A program made the position numbers and the translations under genes. The notes under the pieces were generated by a model. The model had not been told where the DNA came from and ran no database searches. It saw nothing but the letters and a program-made list of their open reading frames with translations. From positions 1 through 37,088 of IMG/VR virus record IMGVR_UViG_3300021408_000092: a stretch of DNA of 37,088 nucleotides, one strand, 5' to 3'. This DNA comes from a virus (Duplodnaviria > Caudoviricetes). Positions 17,884-26,927 of the stretch are shown in pieces. Each line of letters opens with the position of its first letter. Position 1 is the stretch's first letter.

Positions 17884-19237
17884 GGCCGAGCTCCTTGAAC
17901 GCGCTGTTCTTCTGAAGAAGATCATCAAAGCCCACGAGAAGGCCGAGAACAGGCACCGTAACGCATGGCTTGAAACTGCGCGCCCTAACCAGTTGCCACC
18001 CCCTGGTGATGAGTGGAGTGTCTGGTTGATGCTTGCTGGGCGTGGTTTCGGTAAAACCCGGTCGGGTTCGGAGTGGATCGCCGATCAGGCATTGTCTAAC
18101 CCGAAAACGTCGTGGGCTGTTATCGCTCCCGTGTGGCGGGACACGAAAGATGTTCCCATGGCTGCTGTGGAGAAGGTTCTTACTGAAAACAAAATAAAAT
18201 ACCGTTACAACAAGTCTGATTTGCATTTCTATTTGCCGAATGGTTCGGAGATCATCGGGTATAGCGCGGATAAGCCGGACCGTATTCGTGGAGCTAACCT
18301 TTCTGGTGGTTGGTTGGATGAGCTTGCGGCATTTCAGCGGGCGAATGAGCTTTGGTATGAGGCTTTGATGCCTGCTGTGCGTATTGGGCGTAGGCCACTC
18401 ATCTTGGTTACCACTACTCCGCGCCCGACACCGCTTATCAAGGAATTGGTGGAGCGTGACGATGGTTCCGTAGTCGTGGTTCGGGGCTCGACCTTCGATA
18501 ATGAGGCGAACCTGTCTCCCGCCGCTTTGGCTGAGTTGAAACGCAGGTATGAAGGAACGCGCATAGGTAGGCAGGAACTGTACGGCGAGCTGTTGATGGA
18601 CGCAGAGTTCGCGTTGTGGACCCGTGATCTGATTGAGGCTGTGCAGTCCACTAAACCTGTTCCGCAGATGATGCGCACTATCGTCTCAGTTGACCCCTCA
18701 GGGTCAGCAGACGGTGACGCGACAGGCATTATCACAGCTGGAGTGGACCGCGCAGGAATTATTTACATATTGGCCGACGATACATGTAACGGAACACCCG
18801 ATTACCGCTATAAACAGGTGTGTCGCGCCGCGTCCCGGTCCGGGGCCGGGACGATCCTCTACGAGGGTGCATACGGCGGCGACAACGTGGCGCACGGCAT
18901 CCGCCTATCGTGGAAAGACCTATCAGCTAGAGGCCAGGTGGAGGGGCCTTTACCTCTGCTGAAGGTGAGTCCAACGAAATCGTCTAAGGCGGACCGTGCC
19001 CACCCCGTTGTTGCTTTGTATGAGCAGACAGCGAACGGAACTGTGAAGGTTGTGCATCCGGTTCCTTTGCCGGAGCTTGAGGATGAGCTTGTGCAGTGGG
19101 AGCCGTCGGCTTCGTGGTCTCCTAACCACCTGGATGCGTTGGTGCACGCAGTTAGGTTCCTTGCCCCGTATACGGGGTCGTCTAGACTTCAGTCGCCGTT
19201 GTCTCTACCAAGCTTGCCGTCACTGCCTATAGGGTGA
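17876..19237 (+). CDS. terL: Terminase large subunit
   Basis: ARPNQLPP, Walker A AGRGFGKT, RGANLSGGWLDE Walker B, VTTTPRP, nuclease VSVDPS and SPNHLDALV. Confidence 0.97.
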   Translation: MDKAELLERAVLLKKIIKAHEKAENRHRNAWLETARPNQLPPPGDEWSVWLMLAGRGFGKTRSGSEWIADQALSNPKTSWAVIAPVWRDTKDVPMAAVEKVLTENKIKYRYNKSDLHFYLPNGSEIIGYSADKPDRIRGANLSGGWLDELAAFQRANELWYEALMPAVRIGRRPLILVTTTPRPTPLIKELVERDDGSVVVVRGSTFDNEANLSPAALAELKRRYEGTRIGRQELYGELLMDAEFALWTRDLIEAVQSTKPVPQMMRTIVSVDPSGSADGDATGIITAGVDRAGIIYILADDTCNGTPDYRYKQVCRAASRSGAGTILYEGAYGGDNVAHGIRLSWKDLSARGQVEGPLPLLKVSPTKSSKADRAHPVVALYEQTANGTVKVVHPVPLPELEDELVQWEPSASWSPNHLDALVHAVRFLAPYTGSSRLQSPLSLPSLPSLPIG

Positions 19238-19296
19238 CCTGGTTTTAGTGGCTCTACGTCCATTTCACAGTGTTTTCGCAGGTCAAAGGGGTTGTA

Positions 19297-19623
19297 ATGC
19301 CGGTTGGTGTGGCTGTTTTGGTGGTCCTGTCGGTGATGAGGTTGACGAGGCTGGTCACGTTCGACACGTTGACGGACGGGTTTTGGCTGAATCGGGTAAA
19401 CAGTTTGAGTCGTTGGCCGTCGGTTCAGTATTGGTTCACGAAGCTGGTGACTTGTTCCTGGTGTGCGTCTATGTGGGTGGCGCCGGCGGTGGTTGTGTCG
19501 GCCTATTTTTTTGGTGACCATGCTTGGTTTGTGATCGGGGCGATGATCCTGGCGTGTTCACAGTTGACTGGTTTGGTGGCTCAATGGCTCGATGATGGGC
19601 GCCGTGACTGGGCTGGTGACTAG
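19297..19623 (+). CDS. DUF1360-like membrane protein
   Basis: RLTRLVTFDTL and KLVTCSWCASMWVA motifs; between TerL and portal. Confidence 0.8.
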   Translation: MPVGVAVLVVLSVMRLTRLVTFDTLTDGFWLNRVNSLSRWPSVQYWFTKLVTCSWCASMWVAPAVVVSAYFFGDHAWFVIGAMILACSQLTGLVAQWLDDGRRDWAGD

Positions 19624-19671
19624 ACACACATCTGGGCGGTACAGTACGCATAGCTAACGAATGGGGATCAC

Positions 19672-21321
19672 ATGGCTTTTCTGGACGCGTTGCGCAAGAG
19701 GAAGCCAAAGGCACCTCAGATGCACTCTACGAGTTCTCAGTTCGCGTCGATTTCGTTGGCGTCGGCGTCGTTGTCGTCTCCTTTGGCTCAGGTCGCGGGG
19801 GGTGGTACTGGCTGGCAGAAGAAGGCGTGGGAGTTTTATGACGTTGTGCCGGAGATGCGCCTTGTTGTGTCGTATCGGGCAGCCGCGTTGTCTAAAGTTA
19901 AACTGCAAATTGCGCGGGTCACGCCTGATGGGCCGGAGCTGATCACCGATCAGCGTTCACAGTCGATGCTGGAGACCCTCTTCGGTGGCATATCTAACCA
20001 CGCCGCCAGCCTATCTAGATATGCGCAGCACCTCACCATCCCGGGAGAAACCTACACATTCGTTATCAAAGGCGACGATGGTAAAGACGAATGGCTTATC
20101 GTCCCCGCCGACCAAGTAAACTTCAACCGCAAAACTCTGCGATTCACGCATCCCCTCACCGGCGAAGACCTGTCCTACAACATCGAAGACCTATACAACT
20201 TCCGACTGTGGCAGCCCCACCCCCACAAGTTTTGGGAAGCCGATTCCCCTACACGCGGCGGAATATCTGCGTTGGACAAGATTCAGGCCATCGACGCATC
20301 CATCAAAACAACAGCAATGTCCCGCCTTGTCGGTGCAGGTATTTTGCCTATGCCCCTGGAGATGAATCTCCCCGCACCTACCGCCGACCAGGAAGGAATG
20401 TCCCCCGAGGACGCCTTTCAGCAGACGATGCATAAGGGCGTTTCTCAGTCGATTAGTGATCCGAACTCGCCGGCCCGGCACGTCCCGTATTTCATGTGGA
20501 TGCCAGCTGAGGCTATGGCTGCGCTACGAGATAAGCCGATCACTTTTTGGTCCGAGTTCGACGATCAGGCATCGGGTTTGCGGGACACAGAGATACGCCG
20601 ATATGCGACAGGTCAGCCGTTGCCCACGGAGATGGTCACCGGTGTCGGGGATTTGAACCACTGGACGGGCTGGCAATTGTCCGAAGAGGACCTGAAGTTT
20701 GATATAGCGCCGCTCGCTCAAACGATTTGCGATGCGTTGACCGTTCGTGTTGTGCAGCCTGTAATGGGCCCCGATTACATTATTCAGGCCGACTTTTCTG
20801 ACCTGGTGTCACGCCCGGATCGGACTCCCGAAGCGATTGAACTTCGCGCTGCTGGTGTGATCAGTTTGAACGAAACTCGCGAGGCAGCGGGGTATGCGCA
20901 TGTGGATGGGGGTGACGATATTGGTGCGATGGAGCGTGACGATATTGCCGATCCGGTGCGGATTGAGTCTGAGCGGGCCGCGCCGCCTCTGTTGGATCGG
21001 GGCGGCGACCCGGCAGATTTTGGGGTGGCTGAGATGTTGGCGCGGGACATTGTTTATACGGCTGGGCAGTGGATGGCTACTCATTCGGGTCGCGCTAATC
21101 GTGCGCAGGTGACCGCTGTGGATGCTTTGGAGCGGCATGTGACGTTCGCGGCTGATGGTGATGTGCTTGTTGAGGCTGTTGCGAGGGTGAAACCAAAGTA
21201 TGAAGGTGTTGTGGCTGGGGCTCTCTTTGATTGTGTCGTTGGCTATGTGGGCCATATTTTTGGTGGTCGTGAGGGCTATAGCTCAGTTGGTTTGAGGTCG
21301 TGGGTGCGTAGTGGACGTTGA
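19672..21321 (+). CDS. Portal protein
   Basis: WQKKAWEFYDVVPE, RLWQPHP..WEADSPTR, SRLVGAGIL and NHWTGWQ motifs of actinophage portals. Confidence 0.92.
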   Translation: MAFLDALRKRKPKAPQMHSTSSQFASISLASASLSSPLAQVAGGGTGWQKKAWEFYDVVPEMRLVVSYRAAALSKVKLQIARVTPDGPELITDQRSQSMLETLFGGISNHAASLSRYAQHLTIPGETYTFVIKGDDGKDEWLIVPADQVNFNRKTLRFTHPLTGEDLSYNIEDLYNFRLWQPHPHKFWEADSPTRGGISALDKIQAIDASIKTTAMSRLVGAGILPMPLEMNLPAPTADQEGMSPEDAFQQTMHKGVSQSISDPNSPARHVPYFMWMPAEAMAALRDKPITFWSEFDDQASGLRDTEIRRYATGQPLPTEMVTGVGDLNHWTGWQLSEEDLKFDIAPLAQTICDALTVRVVQPVMGPDYIIQADFSDLVSRPDRTPEAIELRAAGVISLNETREAAGYAHVDGGDDIGAMERDDIADPVRIESERAAPPLLDRGGDPADFGVAEMLARDIVYTAGQWMATHSGRANRAQVTAVDALERHVTFAADGDVLVEAVARVKPKYEGVVAGALFDCVVGYVGHIFGGREGYSSVGLRSWVRSGR

Positions 21322-21997
21322 TGAGGGCGAAGCCGCTGTCAGGTTGGCTGTTCAGAGCGCGTTTGATGAGTTCGTTGCCCGCATCAGGGCGACGGTGTTC
21401 GCTGATCCTGAGCACCCGGATTGGCTTGTGTGGCCTACGGATGCGTGGCCTGAGCTGGTAGCCGAGTTTGTGACTCCTGAGGCTCGCCGTGTGTTTGAGG
21501 AAACTTTGATTTCGGCGGGTGTTGTTTCTCCGGCTCTTGTTGCTGGGGCTGCGGGTACGTTTGTTGGTCAGGATTTGGTGCCGGTGGTTACGGCTACGAC
21601 GATCCCTGCCCAGACTCAGGCGTGGGTGTATGCGGCGTTTGTTGCTGGGGGTTCTGTGGCTGCTTTGGGTTTGTTGTCCGCTTCGGCAGCGCTGTGGCAG
21701 CCGATGCTTGGGGTGATGGCTGTAAATGGTGGGGCTGTTGCGGTGAATGCCGCCTGGTTCGCCGCTGCTGTGGTGTTGGCGGATGGTGGACGTCGACGGG
21801 TGGTTAAGACGTGGATCGCCCGAGAAGATGAGAAAACACGTCTAACTCATGCTGCTGTTGATAACACAACAGTTTTGGTGGACGATGTGTTCAATGTAGG
21901 TGGATTTCCCCTCCGCTACCCGCATGACCCATTCGGCCCTGTTCAAGAGGTAGTGAATTGTCGGTGTCGGATACGGGTTGGAGAACAAAATGGTTGA
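21311..21997 (+). CDS. MuF-like minor head protein
   Basis: KTWIAREDEKTRLTH...FNVGGFPLRYPHDP.GP..EVVNCRC. Confidence 0.88.
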   Translation: MDVDEGEAAVRLAVQSAFDEFVARIRATVFADPEHPDWLVWPTDAWPELVAEFVTPEARRVFEETLISAGVVSPALVAGAAGTFVGQDLVPVVTATTIPAQTQAWVYAAFVAGGSVAALGLLSASAALWQPMLGVMAVNGGAVAVNAAWFAAAVVLADGGRRRVVKTWIAREDEKTRLTHAAVDNTTVLVDDVFNVGGFPLRYPHDPFGPVQEVVNCRCRIRVGEQNG

Positions 21998-22886
21998 GGT
22001 TCATTGGCGGGCGTTGATCGCTCCGTTGAATAAGCCGGATGCTGCGGGACGCAAAATAGCGATGGGTAGCACCGCGAAGGTTCGGCCGTTGCCGATTGCT
22101 TTGCGGTACGCCCCAGCGGATTGGGGGGGTCATGCTGGAGCAATATCCGTGGGGACTATCGACCGTGTCTGGGTGGATAGTGGTGCTCTTTGGGGTGAAG
22201 GCCGTTTTGATCTATATGATACGGCGGCGCGCGAAGTTGTACGCAAGGTCCAGAATGGTTTCGTTCGGCACATATCTGCTGATATTGAGCCTGGCACCTT
22301 CAAGCTTATGGCCGCAACGATCGTTGATATCCCCGCTTTTGAAGACGCTGAAATCAAGTCGATCAACATCCCCGAAGTCGTCGCTGAACGGGAGGAGCCT
22401 GAGTTGATGGCTTTTGCTTTTCGTGTGGTGGGGGATATGGAGTTGCCGTTCACGGATCGTGGCCGTGAGTGGGATTCTGGTGCTGCGGTGGGCCGCGTGT
22501 TTGAATGGGCTGGTGGGGATGATTTGGACATCAACCGGTTCAGGCGCGCGTTCTTGTATCAGGACCCGGACGCTGATCCTGCTACTCGGGGTGCCTACAA
22601 ACTCCCGTTCGCGGATGTTGTGGACGGGGAGTTGCGGGCGGTTCCTCGGGGGGTGTTTGCGATTGCTGGGGGGCGTGGTGTTGATGCTGCGGACATCCCG
22701 GAGTCCGATAAGGAGACCATTAGGCGCAGGGTGGGTGCGTTGTACCGGCGTATGGCGAAGCAGTTTGATGATCCGTCGTTGGTGTCTCCGTTTGAGCGAC
22801 AGTCGATGGCTGGGGTTTCGGTTGAGTTCGCTGCTGCGCGCCGTCGGGTTCAGCGCGAGTTGGCTCTACTAGAGGGTGGTGTGTGA
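21990..22886 (+). CDS. Capsid maturation (prohead) protease with a C-terminal accessory domain
   Basis: LPIAL...GGHAGA..VGTID...ISADI...ATIVDIPAF protease pattern; C-terminal WDSGAA...AYKLPFADVVDGELRAVPRGV domain. Confidence 0.85.
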   Translation: MVEVHWRALIAPLNKPDAAGRKIAMGSTAKVRPLPIALRYAPADWGGHAGAISVGTIDRVWVDSGALWGEGRFDLYDTAAREVVRKVQNGFVRHISADIEPGTFKLMAATIVDIPAFEDAEIKSINIPEVVAEREEPELMAFAFRVVGDMELPFTDRGREWDSGAAVGRVFEWAGGDDLDINRFRRAFLYQDPDADPATRGAYKLPFADVVDGELRAVPRGVFAIAGGRGVDAADIPESDKETIRRRVGALYRRMAKQFDDPSLVSPFERQSMAGVSVEFAAARRRVQRELALLEGGV

Positions 22887-23098
22887 TGGCGTGTGGGTCG
22901 TGTGGTGGGGCTAGGGCTAGGACTGCTGTTGGTGCGGATGGTCAGCAGAGGCAGGTATCGCCTCGCCGAACGAAGTATGTGTGGAATTGGATTCCGGTTG
23001 GTGGCGGTGAGGGGAAAGCGTTTGATTCTGAGCGTGAGGCCCGCGAGTGGCTGAAATCGGGTAATGCGGGGTCGTTGATGGTTGGTCCTGCTGTTTAA
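22886..23098 (+). CDS. Small MACGSCGG protein of the head module
   Basis: TGATG-coupled to the protease; N-terminal CxxC. Confidence 0.7.
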   Translation: MACGSCGGARARTAVGADGQQRQVSPRRTKYVWNWIPVGGGEGKAFDSEREAREWLKSGNAGSLMVGPAV

Positions 23099-23126
23099 TG
23101 GTTGTTGGCGTTTCGCACCGCTGTTG

Positions 23127-23160
23127 GGCCCCCCTTTTTTCTCGTGGTGGAGGGGGGCTC
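23127..23160. terminator. Hairpin between convergent genes
   Basis: GGGCCCCCCTT...GAGGGGGGCTC. Confidence 0.5.
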
Positions 23161-23164
23161 TTCT

Positions 23165-24196
23165 TTATGTTTCTAGTGAGTATTCGATTCCGTCGAGCAT
23201 GATGTAGGGCTGTGTGTTGGCGGCTCCGAGCATTTGTATGTTTCCGTTTTTGCGGATGATGATTCGGATTCCTCCACCTGAGCCCATGGCTACGAAGCCT
23301 CGGTCTTGTAGTGGTACTGATGAGATGGTTGCTGTTCCTACGGTGATGCTGGTGGGGACTGTGGTGGCAATGATTTCGTCTGTTACTCCACCTGTTGTGA
23401 CGGAGTTGATGCGTCCTCTGAGTAGTGCACGTTTCCCGCCGGCGATGATCATGACTTGCGGTGAGTTGGTGTTGTTGGCGCCGTTTGCGTTGGCCGTGTA
23501 TTTCGCGGCTGTTTGTGGGCTGTCGATGGTGATGGGTGTCCATAGTGATTCGTAAAGGTTTGGGCCTAGGACGGGTCCGGTGAAGGTGGCTGTTCCGTTG
23601 CCTAGTACGTAGCCGACTTCGGTTCCGTTGGAGTGGAACCAGCGCGAGGATTTGGATGTTGGTGTTCCGGCGTGGAATTGGTGGGTTGCTTCGCCTTCTT
23701 TGCCTAGGCCGGTTGTGGCTGGTGGGGTGAGGTCTCTGGGTAGGCCGAGTTCGTTGGCGCGCATGGTGTTGAACGTTTGGTACCACAGTTCGATCATGTT
23801 GGCGTCTGCGCTGGTGACGGGGTTGGGTTGGTTGATGCGTAGCCCGACGGTTGATGCGTCGGGTTGGTTGATTACTAGTCCACCGTCGATGATGAGGTTC
23901 CCGGGGATGGTGATGCCGTCTATGCAGGTGACGGGGTCTATGGGGTCCGCTGCCGATATGTCTAGGTCATCGGGTAGGGGGCACATATCTGTTCCGCTGT
24001 CGGTGAAGGTGAGGGCCCCGAACATGGTGCAGAGGTCTTTGCGGGCGTGGAAGTGTTGTGTGATGTAGGTGGAGATGTACACGTTTTGGGCGCCGGCCCA
24101 GCAGATGAGCCTTTGTGACATTTCGTCGAACAGGTTGTTGGTGGTGGGCCATATGCAGGCTGTGTCTGCTGGGACGCCTGGGTGCCGTCGTGCCAT
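23165..24196 (-). CDS. Stand-alone tail fibre / receptor-binding-like protein
   Basis: Thr/Gly/Asn-rich beta shaft; C-terminal WTPITI...PQV...ALLRGRI...IRKNGNI...IMLDGIEY head pattern. Confidence 0.65.
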   Translation of the reverse strand: MARRHPGVPADTACIWPTTNNLFDEMSQRLICWAGAQNVYISTYITQHFHARKDLCTMFGALTFTDSGTDMCPLPDDLDISAADPIDPVTCIDGITIPGNLIIDGGLVINQPDASTVGLRINQPNPVTSADANMIELWYQTFNTMRANELGLPRDLTPPATTGLGKEGEATHQFHAGTPTSKSSRWFHSNGTEVGYVLGNGTATFTGPVLGPNLYESLWTPITIDSPQTAAKYTANANGANNTNSPQVMIIAGGKRALLRGRINSVTTGGVTDEIIATTVPTSITVGTATISSVPLQDRGFVAMGSGGGIRIIIRKNGNIQMLGAANTQPYIMLDGIEYSLET

Positions 24197-24251
24197 GGTG
24201 GGCTCCGTTTGGTTGGGAGTTATGGCACTGATTATTGCTGGTGGTGGTGGT

Positions 24252-24401
24252 TTATTGGGTTTGGATTTTTGGTAGGAGGATTGTGTCGGCGTTGAGATCG
24301 GTTTTTTGTTTGGTTTTGAATAGGTCTGTCAGTTTTTGTATGGGTGTTTTGCTGGGTTTTCTGTGTTTTCCTATCGCGTGTCGTGGTCGGGTGTTTGTCA
24401 T
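24252..24401 (-). CDS. Small basic protein (49 aa; not in the ORF track)
   Basis: Translated by hand as MTNTRPRHAIGKHRKPSK...LLPKIQTQ; starts 2 nt after the upstream stop. Confidence 0.45.
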   Translation of the reverse strand: MTNTRPRHAIGKHRKPSKTPIQKLTDLFKTKQKTDLNADTILLPKIQTQ

Positions 24402-24403
24402 GG

Positions 24404-24571
24404 TTAGACGCTAGACCCTTTTGGGGGTATGGCGCCTGCTAGGCGTTGGTTGGCGTGGTGCTGGTTTTCTTTGATTGTTGCCATGATTTGGCAGTGGGTG
24501 CAGGTGGGTTTGGGGTTTGGTTGGTGTAGGACGTATCCGCAGTGGGTGCAGCGTGGTTTTTGGGTGGTCAT
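24404..24571 (-). CDS. Small zinc-finger protein (55 aa)
   Basis: CTHC..CTHC; RBS AAAGGA. Confidence 0.65.
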   Translation of the reverse strand: MTTQKPRCTHCGYVLHQPNPKPTCTHCQIMATIKENQHHANQRLAGAIPPKGSSV

Positions 24572-24598
24572 GGGGTGTTCCTTTCTTGTAGTTCCACC

Positions 24599-24637
24599 AC
24601 CATAGCACCGTGGCAACGTTGCCACAACGGCTTGAGG
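24599..24637 (-). promoter_or_regulatory. Promoter TTGTGG-17-TATGGT containing the perfect palindrome GTGGCAACGTTGCCAC
   Basis: Palindrome at 24610-24625; the 18 bp TGCCACAACGGCTTGAGG is identical to 27969-27986. Confidence 0.75.
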
Positions 24638-24678
24638 ACATAAAAAATCCGCCCCCAAAAGAGAGCGGACCCGAAAAC

Positions 24679-25023
24679 CTAAACCATCCGTATATGCACC
24701 CCCGCCCACACCGGCGCAGACACAACAGTCAAACCAGTAATAATCGTCCTACCAGCCGCGAACTTGATGTTAGGTGACACATTCACCGGCTTACCTGTCA
24801 GCAGACGGCCTAACAGCTCACCCTCACTAGCCACTCCGCCAGCCTTGATGTGAGTGTCCATCAGGGTTATAGATTTGATTACCCCGGCCGGCTTACCGTG
24901 GTTCCACAAGGTGATAGGTAAATCAATCCACGTATTATGCGCATGGGAGTGGAGTATTTTTCCGTCTTTCGTCGCCTGGTCGAGCACGGCTATCGTCCCG
25001 GACCACTGCAACTCCTTACTCAT
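24679..25023 (-). CDS. Prohead-protease-like paralog (114 aa)
   Basis: Aligns by eye with the N-terminal domain of 21990..22886 (W..IA.L...G, LPI.L, G.I, VS..I, TVV..P); TAATG-coupled start at 25023. Confidence 0.6.
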   Translation of the reverse strand: MSKELQWSGTIAVLDQATKDGKILHSHAHNTWIDLPITLWNHGKPAGVIKSITLMDTHIKAGGVASEGELLGRLLTGKPVNVSPNIKFAAGRTIITGLTVVSAPVWAGVHIRMV

Positions 25024-25403
25024 TACTGTTCGCCTTCTAGTTCGCAGCCGACAGCGCCACACTGTGAGGTCAAACCGTCCTGGATGTGCCAAACATGCTC
25101 TGAGAGGGTCGGCATAACGCGTCCTATCTCTGACGCGGCGGCAGGATATTTTTGAACTAGGAACCTCCCGAGCCAATCCATGGCAGCCGCCCGTTGATCG
25201 TCTGACCCGCCGGATATTTCATCGGCGACTTTTTTCGCCGATTTGCGTGCCGCCACCACGGACGTGCACAGTGGGCTGTATAGGACACGGTCGGACATGT
25301 GTAGCGCCGCCTTGGATTCGCCGTCTTTGGCGAGGTGTTCTTCTGCCCATTTCAGGGCGGCAGTTATTTTGTTTAGCTCACGCAAGATGTCGTCGTTATT
25401 CAT
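25023..25403 (-). CDS. Hypothetical protein
   Basis: 126 aa; overlaps its neighbours in the operon. Confidence 0.65.
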   Translation of the reverse strand: MNNDDILRELNKITAALKWAEEHLAKDGESKAALHMSDRVLYSPLCTSVVAARKSAKKVADEISGGSDDQRAAAMDWLGRFLVQKYPAAASEIGRVMPTLSEHVWHIQDGLTSQCGAVGCELEGEQ

Positions 25404-25620
25404 GGCTATCCTCGCTAGTGATCCAAAATGGGGCGTATCCGAGCCAGACGAGCATCGCGGCGAGGATGTGTGAGCCGGGTGCTTGGCCTTTTGCTAGGCG
25501 CACGAACACGGCAGAGTCGATGTCGGTGGTGCGGCTTACTTGGCGCCACGACAGGTCTAGGCGTTGCCGTTTAGCGTCTAGTGCTTCGTAGAGCGCCGCT
25601 GTGTTGACACGTACGGTCAC
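25396..25620 (-). CDS. XRE/Cro-like helix-turn-helix protein
   Basis: LYEALDAKRQRLDLSWRQVSRTTDIDSAVFVRLAKGQAP. Confidence 0.85.
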   Translation of the reverse strand: MTVRVNTAALYEALDAKRQRLDLSWRQVSRTTDIDSAVFVRLAKGQAPGSHILAAMLVWLGYAPFWITSEDSHE

Positions 25621-25985
25621 CGCTGCTCACCGCCTTGGCACGGATATTCGTGTCCGTCTTCAAATTTGCCCGTGGTCATCGAGCGGTAGCAGGTGCATTG
25701 ATCGGGCCGTCGCTCAACAGGGATTGGCTTGAGTGCTTCATCGTTGGATTTTTCTACGTCGGGTTCACAGGCGCAGGGGCAACGATAAACACCGCCTATT
25801 TCCTCGTAGTAGCAGCTGCACTGCGCGCAGGCTTTCTCGAGCTCCATCACCTTTTGTTGTAGACAGGTTGAGCGGTGTGCCCAGCTCGCTTCTGTGTATC
25901 CGCAGTCGCATAGATATGACGGGTTTTGGATTTGCGTGTTTAGGGAGCCTTTCCCGTGTATTTTACGTTTACCCCGCCGCATCAC
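25617..25985 (-). CDS. Cys-rich hypothetical protein
   Basis: Several CxC/CxxC clusters; coupled to its neighbours. Confidence 0.55.
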   Translation of the reverse strand: MMRRGKRKIHGKGSLNTQIQNPSYLCDCGYTEASWAHRSTCLQQKVMELEKACAQCSCYYEEIGGVYRCPCACEPDVEKSNDEALKPIPVERRPDQCTCYRSMTTGKFEDGHEYPCQGGEQR

Positions 25986-26143
25986 TGTTCACCTTCAAAT
26001 TCGCATCCGCACATGCCTGCTTCGCCCTCGCAAATGTGAAAGTAGTGGGCGCCGCTGTCGGTGTTTTGCGCGACAACCCAGTTGATTAGCCAGTCAAGTG
26101 CACTATCTTCAAGAGATTGCTGTTTTTTGCTTTTACGTGCCAT
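25982..26143 (-). CDS. Small hypothetical protein (53 aa; not in the ORF track)
   Basis: Translated by hand as MARKSKKQ...GMCGCEFEGEQ; fills the operon gap with stop/start overlaps. Confidence 0.55.
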   Translation of the reverse strand: MARKSKKQQSLEDSALDWLINWVVAQNTDSGAHYFHICEGEAGMCGCEFEGEQ

Positions 26144-26466
26144 CACTGCTCACCGCCTATTTCCTCAATGCGGGTTGCGTCTTCCATGTCACAGTTTTCA
26201 ATGAGTAGGCCCATTTCGTTCTTGCCCGTGTCGCGCCAGTCGCGTTCGGCCATGAGCTGCACTGTTTTATGGGTTTCTGATCGCCACGCGACGCCCTCAA
26301 AGATCACCCGGTAACGTTTCCCGTCCTGCATCTGGGCGGGAGAAACCGATTTCTTGTGGTCTTTCCCGCAGTTGAATCCCGTTTTTGTGCATTCGCAGAT
26401 GGAGCAGCATAGGCAGCTGGAGCAGCGGAATCGCTCATCGTGGCATCCCAGTCCGAGGTCAGTCAT
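26143..26466 (-). CDS. Cys-rich hypothetical protein
   Basis: CSSCLCCSICEC cluster; operon context. Confidence 0.6.
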   Translation of the reverse strand: MTDLGLGCHDERFRCSSCLCCSICECTKTGFNCGKDHKKSVSPAQMQDGKRYRVIFEGVAWRSETHKTVQLMAERDWRDTGKNEMGLLIENCDMEDATRIEEIGGEQ

Positions 26467-26911
26467 CGCTATCGTCTCCTAGACGAAAACCTGTCTGGTT
26501 TTCGTAGTCGTCATCCATTTCGGGAGACTCTGCGATATATGCGCGTATCCACGCTAGACATTGGCCAGGTCCGAAATGGAGCGCTGCTACGGCGGCTTCG
26601 ACAATGAGCCGTTTCATGTGGTCCAGTTCCCGTTTCCGCGCCCCGTTGTCGGCCATGAGCGCCTCGATCATTTTGGAACGGTGTTCCGCGTCCTGCTTGT
26701 TAGCTTGGAATCGTCGGGTGAGGCTGTCGCCTTCTTCGTAGACGCTCTCGCGGGCCCGATATTCCTTCAACAGCAACCGCAGGCGCTCGTTTTCCTCGCG
26801 GAGGTCCTCTACGTCGCTTCGGTAGCCAGCGAGTTCTAGCTCTAGCATCTGTTCGCGGGTGATCGTTTCGTCTTCGTCCACTTGGTCCGTTCCTATCTCT
26901 ACGTCAGTCAT
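26459..26911 (-). CDS. Coiled-coil hypothetical protein
   Basis: DLREENERLRLLL heptads; RBS AGGAG. Confidence 0.7.
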   Translation of the reverse strand: MTDVEIGTDQVDEDETITREQMLELELAGYRSDVEDLREENERLRLLLKEYRARESVYEEGDSLTRRFQANKQDAEHRSKMIEALMADNGARKRELDHMKRLIVEAAVAALHFGPGQCLAWIRAYIAESPEMDDDYENQTGFRLGDDSDD

Positions 26912-26927
26912 CGGATGCTCCTAGGGT

